Positions 43,184 to 53,265 of a stretch of DNA of 64,000 nucleotides are shown in pieces. Positions within the stretch are counted from its first letter, which is position 1. Every line of letters starts with the position of its first letter. Position numbers and translations under genes: made by a program. The notes below the pieces were generated by a model. That model searched no databases and was not told the DNA's origin. It worked only from the letters and a program-made list of their open reading frames with translations. The DNA is taken from assembly GCA_965250285.1 (NCBI GenBank), contig OZ252299.1, positions 2,336,001 through 2,400,000 on the forward strand. The letters run 5' to 3'. This DNA comes from Myxococcota bacterium (GTDB taxonomy: Bacteria; Myxococcota_A; UBA9160; UBA4427).

Positions 43184-43621
43184 TCAGGGCTCGCGGTAGA
43201 ACGGCGCGCGGCGACGCACGCGGTCGAGGATCGACAGGTCGGTCGGCGGCACGTCGTAGCCTTCAGGAAACGGCGGACGTCCACCGAGCCCGAGCGCAAC
43301 GAGCACCTCGCGGTGCTGGTAGTAGGCGACGAACGTCTGCGAGAGCACCGCCGAGAAGAAGGCCGGCTCGGCGGCGGGCATCTCGGAGAACGCGGCGCGG
43401 CGCTCCTCGCCCCCTAGCGCCGCGAACGACGCCGCGCCCGCTGCGCGCGCCCGTTCGTCGAGTGCATCGAGCCCGGCCTCGATGAGCGGCGCGAGATCGG
43501 GGCGCGCGATCAGGGCCTGGGCCAGGCCGAGCTGCCCAGCCCCGGGCATCGACCCGTCGGCGGCCGGCGGGATCACCTCGTCGAGCACGAGCCCAAGCGC
43601 GTGCAGCCGATCATCGGTCAT
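43184..43621 (-). CDS. Gluconate 2-dehydrogenase subunit 3-like small partner protein
   Basis: LDEVIP...MPGA, YY.H..V...LG; directly downstream of the GMC gene. Confidence 0.75.
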   Translation of the reverse strand: MTDDRLHALGLVLDEVIPPAADGSMPGAGQLGLAQALIARPDLAPLIEAGLDALDERARAAGAASFAALGGEERRAAFSEMPAAEPAFFSAVLSQTFVAYYQHREVLVALGLGGRPPFPEGYDVPPTDLSILDRVRRRAPFYREP

Positions 43622-43652
43622 CGGTCGGTTCCCCTGAGCCTGCGCGGCTCGT

Positions 43653-45257
43653 TCAGTCGAAGAGCGTCGAGAGGTTCTGCTTGATCTGATCGGCGACGTA
43701 GAGCGCGATCGCCTGGATGCTGTTGCATGGATTCACGCCGCCCGACGTCACGAAGACGCTGCCATCGATCACGAAGAGGTTGGGCACGTCGTGCGAGCGC
43801 CCCATCGCGTCGACCACCGAGCGTTCGGGATCGGTGCCCATGCGCGCCGTGCCCATCAGGTGCCATCCCGCCATCGCGAGCGGCGAATCGGATACGACCT
43901 GCTTGGCGCCAGCGGCGTCGAGCGCCTCGGTCGCGCGCGCGATGCCGAAGTCGAGCATACGCCGGCTGTTCTCGCTGAGGCGGTAGCTGATCTTCGGCGC
44001 CGGGATCCCGTTTCCGTCGACCCGATCGGGATCGAGAGTCACGCAGTTGTGCTCTTCGGGCAGGTCCTCGCAGATCGCCATCATGCCGCCCATCCGATCG
44101 AAGACGCTTCGGTACGACGCGTGATGTCGCTCGCCCCACTCGACCAGGCCATGCCCCATCCCGAGCAGCGACGTCGTGATCGGGCCGAGCCCACGCACCA
44201 TCTCGAACGAGAAGCCGCGCACGAAGTCTCGATCGGGGTCGGTCTCGTAGAACTCGTGGCTCCAGAGCGCACACCCGGTCGGCCCCTGGTGCGCGAGCAG
44301 CGGCTCGTCGAACACACCGAGCACCATCGCGTATGGATGAAACATCAGGTTCTTGCCGACGAGCCCGCTGCGGTTGGCCAGACCATCGGGGAACGCCTTC
44401 GATGTCGAGTTGAGCAGCAGCCGCGGCGTCCCCACCCCGCTGCAAGCCAGCACGACGATCTCGGCGAGGAGGCGCTGCTCGACACCCTGTTCGTCGTAGT
44501 AGACGACCCCGTCGGCCATGCCGTCTTCGCGGATCAGGATCTCACGCACGCGGCAATGGGTTCGCAGCTCCACGCCCCTGCGCTCGGCTTCGGGCCAGTA
44601 CGTGAGATCGGTGCTGGCCTTGGCGCCCTGGGCGCAGCCCGAGATGCATGGCCCCAGGTTCTTGCACGGCGCGCGCCCGCGATACTCCTCGGTGGCGATC
44701 GCGCTGTCCGATGGCCACCAGTGCCAGCCGAGGGCGTCGAACCCGCTCGCAATCTTCTCACCGAGCGCGCCGAGCGGCACCGGCGGCATCGGCACCGCCT
44801 TCGGCGGATACGCCGGATCGCCGGGCACCCCCGCCACGCCCATCATGAGCGCGTTCTCGTCGAAGTACGGCTCGAGGGTCGCGTAGTCGATCGGCCAGTC
44901 GTCGGCGACGCCATCCAGGCTCTTCACTCGGAAGTCCGACGGCTTGAGCCTTGGAAAGTGCGCCGCGTAGAGGATCGTGCTGCCGCCGACCGCGTTGAAG
45001 TTGGCGATCTTGATCGGCGAGTCGTCGTCGTTGATCGGGTAGTCGTCCGGACGACCCCGGGTGTTCGGACTCGTCGCGAAGGGCCCCGAGCCGCGCACCT
45101 CCCAATCCTCGAAGTTCGTGGGGTACTCGGTGGGTTTGATCCAGCCCCCCTGCTCGAGGCAGACGATGCGCATGCGGGTGTCGGCCATGCTCCAGGCGAA
45201 AGCCGCGCCCGCTGCGCCGGCACCGATCACCAGCACGTCTACCCGTTCTTCACGCAT
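43653..45257 (-). CDS. GMC family oxidoreductase
   Basis: GAGAAG, GGSTILY, CKNLGPCISGC, HLMGTARMG, NLFVIDGS..GGVNP; real start 45257, not 47381. Confidence 0.94.
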   Translation of the reverse strand: MREERVDVLVIGAGAAGAAFAWSMADTRMRIVCLEQGGWIKPTEYPTNFEDWEVRGSGPFATSPNTRGRPDDYPINDDDSPIKIANFNAVGGSTILYAAHFPRLKPSDFRVKSLDGVADDWPIDYATLEPYFDENALMMGVAGVPGDPAYPPKAVPMPPVPLGALGEKIASGFDALGWHWWPSDSAIATEEYRGRAPCKNLGPCISGCAQGAKASTDLTYWPEAERRGVELRTHCRVREILIREDGMADGVVYYDEQGVEQRLLAEIVVLACSGVGTPRLLLNSTSKAFPDGLANRSGLVGKNLMFHPYAMVLGVFDEPLLAHQGPTGCALWSHEFYETDPDRDFVRGFSFEMVRGLGPITTSLLGMGHGLVEWGERHHASYRSVFDRMGGMMAICEDLPEEHNCVTLDPDRVDGNGIPAPKISYRLSENSRRMLDFGIARATEALDAAGAKQVVSDSPLAMAGWHLMGTARMGTDPERSVVDAMGRSHDVPNLFVIDGSVFVTSGGVNPCNSIQAIALYVADQIKQNLSTLFD

Positions 45258-45626
45258 CGAAGCCGACCTCCCGAGCCCACCCGCTCGTCGCGCGCCCCGC
45301 GCGCGCTTCGAGACCGACCTGGAACCCGGCCCAGAATCTAGCGGGCGCGCTCCGGGGCGGCCGAGCCCGTGACGCCCCTCCGAACCCCGTCCAGCATGCG
45401 ATCCGGATCGGATCCCGATGGAGACCGCGCCCCAGTGGCTCCCAGCGCGATCGCCGATCGGACACGATGCGAATCGGTACAGAATTGCGTCGTCTGCGTT
45501 GAAGACGGCCGCAGACGATTCGATCATGTACGTTTTGCCGACCGAGGCCTTCGCGGCCTTGCACGTTCTTCGTCTACCCCCCGCAGCCGATCCCCGTCGC
45601 GCGCGCAACCGCGCGCAGGAGCCGGT

Positions 45627-47516
45627 ATGTCGACCCCGGGCGCACGGTCCCACAACGCGGTGTTTCGCTGCCTCGCGTGGTGCGTCGTCGTGGCCGGGTT
45701 CGGGGTGGCGCACGTCGACGTCGCCCTCGCGCAGCCGCTCTCCCCCTCGGCACGGGCGCAGATCGAGGCGCTGCTCGAGGCAAAGTCTCGCCGCACGCCC
45801 GACGAAGCCAAACTCGACACGCCGCTCTGGATCGAGCTGATGCGCCGCCGCGGCGATCCCGCGCTCGACGCCCTGCCCCACCTGCGCGGCACCCCGCGAT
45901 TCGACGCCAACGGTCGGGTCCGCGTCGAGATCCGCAGTCGGCCCGAGCTGCGCTCGCGCGATCGCGTCGACCGGATCGAGGCGCGCGTTCGACAGCTCGG
46001 CGGTGCCGTCACACGTCGCAACGCGCGGCGTGGACGCGTCGATGGTCGTCTGACGATCGCCGGCATTCGCAGCCTGATGCGGTCGCCCGACGTCGACGCC
46101 ATTCGGCTGCCCGACCCGGCGGTCACCCAGTCCATCGTCAGCCAGGGCGACGTGGCGCACCGAACCGACCTCGCTCGCATCGCCTTCGCGGCGGACGGCA
46201 GCGGGGTGATGATCTGCGCCCTCTCGGATGGCGTCGGCGAGCTCGCGACGGTCCAGGCCGCCGGCGAGCTGCCCGGGGTCACGGTGCTGCCTGGCGAAGC
46301 GGGTGACGCAGGCGACACCGAGGGCACGGCCATGCTCGAGATCATCCACGATCTCGCACCCGGGGCCGACCTCGGGTTCGCGACGGCGTTCGGTGGCCAG
46401 GCGCGATTCGCGACGAACATCGACGGTCTCGTCGCCCAGGGCTGCGACGTGATCGTCGACGACGTGATCTACCTGACCGAGCCGGTCTTCCAGGACGGCA
46501 TGATCGCGCAGGCCGTCGAAGACGCGGTCGCCACCGGCGTCGTCTACGTCGCCTCGGCCGGGAACTTCGGCAACCTCGACAACGGTTCGTCCGGCGTCGT
46601 CGAAAGCGACTTCGTCGCGGGTTCGAGCGCACACACCGGCGTGGCCCATGATTTCGGCGCCGGCCAGGAGTACGCCCGGATCACCGTCGACCCACAGAAT
46701 GCGATCACGCTCCAGTGGGCCGACTCGATGGGCGCAGCGGCCAACGACTACGACCTCTTCCTCCTCGACTCGACCGGCGCGAACGTGATCGACGCATCGA
46801 CGCTCACCCAAAACGGCAACGACGACCCGATCGAGCTGATCCTCGCCGATGATCGAAACGAGTGGAATCATCGGCTCGTCGTCGTGCTCGCCGCCGGCAG
46901 CCCGCGTTTCTTTCATCTGAATACGCATGGCGGCCGCCTCGACGTCGGCACCGACGGCCAGATCTACGGCCACGCCGCAGCCATGGGCGCCATCGCCACC
47001 GCGGCTGTCCGCACATCGCTCGCGAACGGCGGCGCGTTCGCCGACGACCCGGGCGCGCTCTTCATCGAGACGTTCAGCTCGGACGGCCCGCGCCAGGTGT
47101 TCTTCGAGGCGGACGGCACGCCCATCACCCCAGGTGACTACAGCTCGACCGGCGGCCAGCTGCGCGCCAAGCCCGATGTCACCGCCGCCAACAACGTGGC
47201 CACGGCGACGCCGGGGTTCGCCAAGTTCATCGGCACCTCGGCCAGCGCGCCCCACGTTGCGGGCATCGTCGGGTTGATGCTCGATATCCGCCCGATGGCC
47301 GAACCGGGCGAGATCCGCAGCGCGCTGCAGACCACGGCGGTCGACATCGAGACGCCCGGTTTCGACATGCTGGCCGGCCACGGCATCGTCGACGCACTCG
47401 ACGCGCTGCAGGCCGTGGCGCCCGAGCTCGTGCCGAGCCTCGGTCCGGTCGCGCTCGCGGGCCTCGCCTCGTCGGTCGGCCTGCTCGGTTGGTGGCGGGC
47501 CCGAAGGGGTCGCTGA
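45627..47516 (+). CDS. Secreted S8/S53-like serine peptidase with IPTL-CTERM-like sorting tail
   Basis: Signal peptide; SDG, EGTAM, SAGN, KPDV, GTSASAPH; tail VPSL-hydrophobic-RARRGR. Confidence 0.87.
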   Translation: MSTPGARSHNAVFRCLAWCVVVAGFGVAHVDVALAQPLSPSARAQIEALLEAKSRRTPDEAKLDTPLWIELMRRRGDPALDALPHLRGTPRFDANGRVRVEIRSRPELRSRDRVDRIEARVRQLGGAVTRRNARRGRVDGRLTIAGIRSLMRSPDVDAIRLPDPAVTQSIVSQGDVAHRTDLARIAFAADGSGVMICALSDGVGELATVQAAGELPGVTVLPGEAGDAGDTEGTAMLEIIHDLAPGADLGFATAFGGQARFATNIDGLVAQGCDVIVDDVIYLTEPVFQDGMIAQAVEDAVATGVVYVASAGNFGNLDNGSSGVVESDFVAGSSAHTGVAHDFGAGQEYARITVDPQNAITLQWADSMGAAANDYDLFLLDSTGANVIDASTLTQNGNDDPIELILADDRNEWNHRLVVVLAAGSPRFFHLNTHGGRLDVGTDGQIYGHAAAMGAIATAAVRTSLANGGAFADDPGALFIETFSSDGPRQVFFEADGTPITPGDYSSTGGQLRAKPDVTAANNVATATPGFAKFIGTSASAPHVAGIVGLMLDIRPMAEPGEIRSALQTTAVDIETPGFDMLAGHGIVDALDALQAVAPELVPSLGPVALAGLASSVGLLGWWRARRGR

Positions 47517-47598
47517 GGCGTCGACGCGCTCCTTGGCAAAGGACGCGCCGGGTGCCTACGCTCGCAGCCCCTCTCCACGGACGCACCCTGGCGAAATC

Positions 47599-48798
47599 AT
47601 GACTCGAACCCGAAGACGCATGCTGATCGCCGCGACCGCGACCCTCCTCGTCGCTCTGGTCGCCGGGAGTCTCTTCTACGCGACGACGCGTCGCGCGCTC
47701 GAGCGGGCCGAGGCATTTCGATTCAGGCGCATGCTCGTCAATCGGCAGGTCGACGACGGCGCCTATCGCTTCTTCTTCGTCACGAACCGCGCCACCGATC
47801 CGGCGACCGACGACCCCATCGAGCGGTTCGGCCAGACGCGCGGCGACGCGCTCGCCTACGGCCGCTTCGACACCGAGATCGCTCCTTCGCTCGGCGTCGG
47901 CATGCTGATCGATCCGTCGGACTGGTTTCAGAACGAAGAGATCCAGCTGCAGGACGTGCGCGCGCTCTCGCGCGACGCCTTCGTCGAAGAGCTGCGCCAG
48001 CAGGTCGAACGATCCCCCCACCGCTCACTGCTCGTCAACGTGAACGGCTTTCGCGAGCGCTTCGCTTCGGCCCTGCGCAAGACCGCCTTCGTCGGCCATG
48101 TGCTCGACATCGACTCGCCCGTGCTCGTTTTCGACTGGCCGGGGGACCAGGGAAGCTCCCCACGCGGCTACCAGCGTGCCCAGGGGCAGGCCCAGGCGTC
48201 GGGGCAGGATCTCGCCGAGCTCCTCGAGCTCGTCGTAAGCGACGTGCGACCCGAGCGTTTGTGGCTGCTGGCCAATAGCATGGGCGCCGAGGTCGTCGTG
48301 AATGCCTTCGACTCGCTCGCCGACGACCCGGTCTTCGCCGACGCGGGGACCGAGCTCGAGGCCGTGATCCTCACGGCCCCCGACGTCGATCGCGCCAAGT
48401 TCGGCGCGCGCTTCGAAGCGCAGTTGAAGGCGCTCAGCGATGCGCTCATCGTGTACGTGTCGTCGAACGACCGTGCGCTGCTGATGAGTCGCATCCTGAA
48501 TCGTGGCGCTCGACTGGGGGAGAGCACCGTCGAGATCGACCCGAGCAACCCCGATCAGACCGAGGCCGCGGCGGGCGCGTTCTCACTCGTCGAGCCGGGC
48601 AGCGAGCGTGTGACGATCGTCGACGTCACGCCGGTCAATCGCACGCGCAACTTCCACAACTTCAGCCTCGAGACACCCGAGTTCTTCGACGACGTATTCC
48701 TGCGTCTCGTGAACGCCGAGGCGCCCGAGAGCCGTCTGCTCTATCGCGTCCGCACGGGGGACGGACGTGCATACTGGGTGCTGACACCGGGGCGCTGA
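47599..48798 (+). CDS. Alpha/beta hydrolase, DUF900-like
   Basis: FFVTNR, FDWPG, LANSMG nucleophile elbow, APDVD, VSSNDRAL..S. Confidence 0.82.
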   Translation: MTRTRRRMLIAATATLLVALVAGSLFYATTRRALERAEAFRFRRMLVNRQVDDGAYRFFFVTNRATDPATDDPIERFGQTRGDALAYGRFDTEIAPSLGVGMLIDPSDWFQNEEIQLQDVRALSRDAFVEELRQQVERSPHRSLLVNVNGFRERFASALRKTAFVGHVLDIDSPVLVFDWPGDQGSSPRGYQRAQGQAQASGQDLAELLELVVSDVRPERLWLLANSMGAEVVVNAFDSLADDPVFADAGTELEAVILTAPDVDRAKFGARFEAQLKALSDALIVYVSSNDRALLMSRILNRGARLGESTVEIDPSNPDQTEAAAGAFSLVEPGSERVTIVDVTPVNRTRNFHNFSLETPEFFDDVFLRLVNAEAPESRLLYRVRTGDGRAYWVLTPGR

Positions 48799-48834
48799 CA
48801 CAGCCGGGGCGCCGGTCGCGCGGGCGCCGCCCCC

Positions 48835-49425
48835 TCAGTCTGCAGTGCGCTCCGGGAAGCGGCGGACGATCTGCCCGACGATTTCGTCGATGCGCCGGGT
48901 GAGCGCATCGCCCTGCAGATCGGAGGGGACGCGTTGCGTGCCCGAACCGCGCCACACGAGCTCGCGGCTCTTCGAATCGAGCAGATCGATGAGGATCGTC
49001 CCCTCCTCGATCTCGCGCACGCGCGTCTCGGACCAGCCCACGCCGCCCCAGCCCCGCGTGCCCCAGCTGCGCCCCATCGGCGCGTGGTGATAGCTGCGGT
49101 TGATGACGCGCACGTCGAGCCGAGAGTCTCGAATGAAGAGGTGGTTCACGAAGAAGTCGGGCGTCTGGTCTGGCCCGACCTGCACGTAGCCGCGCGCCGC
49201 GAGATCACGCTCGATCGCCTTGATGATGCGCTGCGCGAGCAACGGGTCGTCGTCGCGGGGATCGCCGGTGATCTGCGAGACGCGGTCGTACCACGACCAC
49301 GTCTTCCACTGCGAGAAGTCGATGTCCGGGTCGTAGTCGATCCGCGTCCGCACCGACGAGCACGCGCTCGCGGCGAGCAACAGGATGAGCAGACAGGTCG
49401 AGGCGATTGCGCGGTTCTTCATCAT
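48835..49425 (-). CDS. DUF4136 family lipoprotein
   Basis: Lipobox ASAC; DYDPDIDFS..KT, EGTILIDL.D...LVWRG. Confidence 0.87.
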   Translation of the reverse strand: MMKNRAIASTCLLILLLAASACSSVRTRIDYDPDIDFSQWKTWSWYDRVSQITGDPRDDDPLLAQRIIKAIERDLAARGYVQVGPDQTPDFFVNHLFIRDSRLDVRVINRSYHHAPMGRSWGTRGWGGVGWSETRVREIEEGTILIDLLDSKSRELVWRGSGTQRVPSDLQGDALTRRIDEIVGQIVRRFPERTAD

Positions 49426-49595
49426 GCCCGCACGCTATCACGCGCGCGGCCCCGCTGACCACGCCCCACCCCGCGGTCGACATCGAAGCCACCCGCCCTC
49501 GGCGCAGACCGGCTCCGGGTTCGGTTCGACGTGATCCCGTGGCGCCCCACAGCGCGGCGCCACACCGGATTCGACGGACGGCACGGACGCACCCG

Positions 49596-50246
49596 TCAGA
49601 TCACGAGCCAGATCGCGGCGAACACGACAGCCCCGACCGCCCACGACCAGCGGTCGGCCGACTGCAGGCCGCCGCTCGCGAGCTCGCGGCCGAGCTCGGC
49701 CTTGGGATCGCCGCCCTGCCGAGCGCGCGTCACAACCGGCACCTCGAAGAGGCTCGCCTTGGCCGCGCGCATGGCGAGCACCGTGAGCAGGGTCAAGCGG
49801 CCGAGCGAGTCGATCGGCACGAGCATCAGCACCAGCACCACCAGCGCCCACGGTGCGAGGATGCCGCCCCAGCTCATCCACTGAAACTGTCGCCCGTCGG
49901 TCGATTCGAACGGGAAGTTGAACATGAAGAAGTAGTTGACCGGCTTGTCGAGGACCGGGGAAGGGGCGCCCGAGAGGCGTGCGCCGCTGAAGTGGCCCCA
50001 CTCGTGTACGAGCGACGCGAGCACGGTCGCGGCGATGAAAGCGTTGGCGACCGAGACGGCCTGCGCGAGGGCCCAGCCGCTGCTGACGGCCCAGGCATCA
50101 CTGGCGCCCCACAGCGTGATCGCGGCCATGGCGGCCGTGAAGTGCAGCGCGCCCATCTTCTTGAGGCGCGCCGTGTCGGCCTTCTTCTCGGCTTCGATCG
50201 CAGCCGCCTCGGCGGCGGGGTCGTGCTCGACGGTGGCTTCACTCAT
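49596..50246 (-). CDS. Hypothetical membrane protein with HExxH motif
   Basis: Multiple TM helices; HEWGH; ATG after GGAG. Confidence 0.75.
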   Translation of the reverse strand: MSEATVEHDPAAEAAAIEAEKKADTARLKKMGALHFTAAMAAITLWGASDAWAVSSGWALAQAVSVANAFIAATVLASLVHEWGHFSGARLSGAPSPVLDKPVNYFFMFNFPFESTDGRQFQWMSWGGILAPWALVVLVLMLVPIDSLGRLTLLTVLAMRAAKASLFEVPVVTRARQGGDPKAELGRELASGGLQSADRWSWAVGAVVFAAIWLVI

Positions 50247-50334
50247 CGTAAGGCTCTCCAGTGCGTGAGGGGGGTCGGGCGCGGCGGCCCGGCCAGTGGG
50301 TGACGCTTTGATGTCGCGAGCGGCGCGTCGGTGA

Positions 50335-50769
50335 TCAAAGTCGCTTGAGGAGCGTGAAAAGTTGTTCGAGCTCGGCGCCCTCGAGCCCGATCGACAGATC
50401 GGCGAGGTGGGCATCGGCCCGCTCGTGCGCGCCCTCGCCCGCCTCGGTGATCGTGACGAACACGCTGCGCTGGTCGTCGACGCTGCGGCTCTTCGTGACG
50501 AGCCCCATTTCGGCCAGCTTCGAGACGGTGCGCGAGACGTTGGGGCTCTCGTCGACCATCACGCCCTTCAGCTGCGAGACGGTGAGCGTGCCTTCGGGTG
50601 CGCTCGCGAGCGCGTGCAGCAGGTTGAGCTGCAGCAGCGACTGCACCTCGCCCCCGATGCGGCTCTCGATGTCGACCTTGATCTCCTGTGCGAGGCACAT
50701 CAGCAGCGCCATGCACTTCTGCTCGAGGTTCATTTCGGAGGACTCGATCACCAGATCCTTGTTCGCCAA
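50335..50769 (-). CDS. MarR family transcriptional regulator
   Basis: LTVSQL..PNVSRTV.KL...GLV...RS..DQRSV.V.IT..G; TTG after GAGGAGG. Confidence 0.9.
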   Translation of the reverse strand: MANKDLVIESSEMNLEQKCMALLMCLAQEIKVDIESRIGGEVQSLLQLNLLHALASAPEGTLTVSQLKGVMVDESPNVSRTVSKLAEMGLVTKSRSVDDQRSVFVTITEAGEGAHERADAHLADLSIGLEGAELEQLFTLLKRL

Positions 50770-50796
50770 GCGCGCCTCCTCGGGGGTCGAGGACTA

Positions 50797-50824
50797 GATT
50801 CCATGATATTTGATTCCATGTCAA
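50797..50824 (-). promoter_or_regulatory. Candidate MarR promoter/operator
   Basis: AT-rich; GATTCCATG at 50797 and 50812; minus-strand TTGACA at 50819-50824. Confidence 0.55.
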
Positions 50825-50890
50825 CAATGATCGGCCGTACGCGGGCTCGCCGTGCTGGGGCCGGCGCATCGGTGCGCGGCGCGCACCCCC

Positions 50891-51667
50891 TCAGCGACAG
50901 TGGATCGAGAGCGGCGCGAGCCCCTCGATCACCACCTCGAAGTGGTCGCCAGGCGCCGGATCGATCATCGGGCCGAGCGCGCCCGACAGCACGACGTCGC
51001 CGGCTTCGAGCGGGCGCCCGAATCGGACCATCGTTCGCGCCAGCCAGACCAGCGCGTTGACCGGGTCGTCGAGACAGGCAGCCCCGACGCCCGTCGACAC
51101 GCCCTCGCCGTTCTTCGAGAGCGTCATCTTCGCGCTGGGCAGATCGACATCACCGAGTGCGCGATGCACGCGCGAGAAGGCGAAGCCGCCACCGCTCGCG
51201 TTGTCGGCGATCGTGTCGGCGAGGGTGATGCGCCAGTCGGCGACGGCGCTGTCGGCGATCTCGATCGCCGCGCCGACCCCGGCGACCGCGGCCTCGACCT
51301 CGGCGCGCGTCGCCTCGGGCGACGTCACCGCACCGGCCATCTCGAAGGCGATCTCGGCTTCGACGCGCGGCTGAATGAAGCGGTCGAGCTCGAGCGTTCC
51401 GCCGTCTTCGCAGCGCGTGTCGGCCCAGAGCATGCCGAAATCGGGCTCGTCCACGCCGAGCTGTCGCTGCACGGCGACGGACGTGAGCCCGATCTTGCGC
51501 CCCGCGAGCCGACGCCCCTCGCTGAGCCACCGGCGCGTATTGAAAGCCTGCACCGCATACGCGTCGGCCACGTCGGCGAGCCCGAAAGCCTCGCTGACGG
51601 GCTCGGTCGGCTCCCCGGTTCGCCGCGCCCGATCGAGTGCGTCTGCGATCGCTTGGGTCGAGTTCAT
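50891..51667 (-). CDS. mhpD: 2-keto-4-pentenoate hydratase (FAH superfamily)
   Basis: GRKIGLTS..VQ.QLGVDEPDFG.L, PRVEAEIAF, ADNAS, GDVVLSGALGPM. Confidence 0.88.
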   Translation of the reverse strand: MNSTQAIADALDRARRTGEPTEPVSEAFGLADVADAYAVQAFNTRRWLSEGRRLAGRKIGLTSVAVQRQLGVDEPDFGMLWADTRCEDGGTLELDRFIQPRVEAEIAFEMAGAVTSPEATRAEVEAAVAGVGAAIEIADSAVADWRITLADTIADNASGGGFAFSRVHRALGDVDLPSAKMTLSKNGEGVSTGVGAACLDDPVNALVWLARTMVRFGRPLEAGDVVLSGALGPMIDPAPGDHFEVVIEGLAPLSIHCR

Positions 51668-51692
51668 TCGATGCGTCGCTTCCCGTCGCCCA

Positions 51693-53027
51693 TCAAGCCG
51701 ACCCGAGCCTGCGCACCTGCTGATCGGTGCGCCGGTCGATCCAGCGCAGCGCATGCTGCAGGCCCTGGGCCGCCGCCCAGCGGATCGGTTCGGGCGGCCA
51801 GTCGAAGGTGCGCCGTTCGAGCGCCGACGTCCACGCATGGGTCCGCCCGTCGACGTGGGCCGCCAGCATGTCCCCTACGAGCGTCGCCTGGGCGATGCCG
51901 TGGCCTGCGAAGCCGATGCCGTAGTGCACGTTTCGATGAGCCCCCTCGACACCCACGCGCGGCAGGAAATCGGGCGTGAGGCCGATCCAACCGCCCCAAT
52001 AGCGGGCCACCGGCTGCGCCACGAGCGCGGGGAACCGATCGCGAAACGCCGCGGTGATCTCGGCGAACACCTCTGGATCGCGGCCTTCGGCCAGGCCGCT
52101 GTCCCAGGCGTAGCGAACGCGCTTCGACCCGCCGATGATCGTCCCGCGCGGCGTCAAGCGATAGCTCTCGAGCACCTCGTGCGCGGTGTAGATGCCCTCA
52201 CGACCGCGCCATCCGAGCGCCTCGAGCTGGTCGGCTTCGATCGGTTCGGTCTCGAAGAGTGAGACGCGCAGCGGCACCACAGTGCGCGCCCGGCGCCCCG
52301 CGCGCTTCGTGTATGCGTTCGTCGCAAAGACCGCGGCCCCGGCCCGCACCTCACCGCCCGGGGTGCGCGCCACGACGCGCCGGCCCGCGTCGAACCCGAC
52401 CAGCGGCGTATCTTCGAAGAGGCGGACACCGGCCTCGAGCGCGGCTCGGCGCAGGCCCATGACGTAGCGACCCGGATGCAGCGTACCGCCGCACGCTTCG
52501 AAGACACCGAACCGAAACGCAGGCGGCACGCCGCGCTCGCGCATCTCGCCCGCTTCGACGAACTGGACGTGCGCGCCGAGTTCGCCCGCCACCTCGGCTG
52601 CACGCTTCAGCGTGGCGCTCTGCTTCGGGTGGACGCCCGCCATGAAGTTGCCGCAGGCGTCGTATTCGCACGCGATGCCGAGCTTGCGAATCGTCTCCGC
52701 CGTGTACTCGACCGCCGCGTCGGCGAAACGCACGAGCTGCGTCGCCCGCTCGCGGCCGAAGAAGCGGAGCAGTGTCGCGAGATCCTTGCCGATCGTCGGC
52801 GTCAGATGTCCGGCATTTCGACCGCTCGCTCCAGAGCCGGCGAACGCGCGCTCGATCAGCACGACGTCGGCGCCCTGCGCGCGCAGCGAGATCGCGGTGG
52901 ACAGGCCGGTGTAGCCGCCCCCGACGATCACGACGTCGGTGTCCACAGCGCGATCCAGGGGGCGCTGCAGATCGTCGGGCGAGGCGACCCACGGGCTGAT
53001 CTCGCAGTACACAGGCGGTGTGCTCAT
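51693..53027 (-). CDS. FAD-dependent oxidoreductase (DAO/PuuB-like amine oxidase)
   Basis: GGGYTGLS, GASGRNAG, ATNAY, GFAGHG; ATG after GGAGG. Confidence 0.9.
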   Translation of the reverse strand: MSTPPVYCEISPWVASPDDLQRPLDRAVDTDVVIVGGGYTGLSTAISLRAQGADVVLIERAFAGSGASGRNAGHLTPTIGKDLATLLRFFGRERATQLVRFADAAVEYTAETIRKLGIACEYDACGNFMAGVHPKQSATLKRAAEVAGELGAHVQFVEAGEMRERGVPPAFRFGVFEACGGTLHPGRYVMGLRRAALEAGVRLFEDTPLVGFDAGRRVVARTPGGEVRAGAAVFATNAYTKRAGRRARTVVPLRVSLFETEPIEADQLEALGWRGREGIYTAHEVLESYRLTPRGTIIGGSKRVRYAWDSGLAEGRDPEVFAEITAAFRDRFPALVAQPVARYWGGWIGLTPDFLPRVGVEGAHRNVHYGIGFAGHGIAQATLVGDMLAAHVDGRTHAWTSALERRTFDWPPEPIRWAAAQGLQHALRWIDRRTDQQVRRLGSA

Positions 53028-53265
53028 CGACGGCCTCCTCGGGCGGCGCTCTCGCGCCCCGCAGCGCGGCGCCCGAGAAGATATCGCCGCCTCGAAGCGC
53101 CGAAATCCTCGGCCGCGCTCGAGCCCGCGCGACGCCCGCCCGGCGCCACGAGGCTCCTGTCCTCCCGCCACCGATGGGCTTCGCCCCTCGTGTCCACGCC
53201 CGAATCGACCGATGAAGAGAGCGGCCCGGCGCCCACCGGGCCTCCACCGGGTTCTGGGAGACACC

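Noticed and set aside
45258..47381. 1242-aa giant GMC fusion
   Set aside because: The extension is the antisense shadow of the peptidase; the GMC Rossmann motif starts at 45257
49539..49563. Intrinsic terminator GTGGCGCC/GGCGCCAC
   Set aside because: An 8-bp stem exists but lacks a U-tract, so it cannot be called
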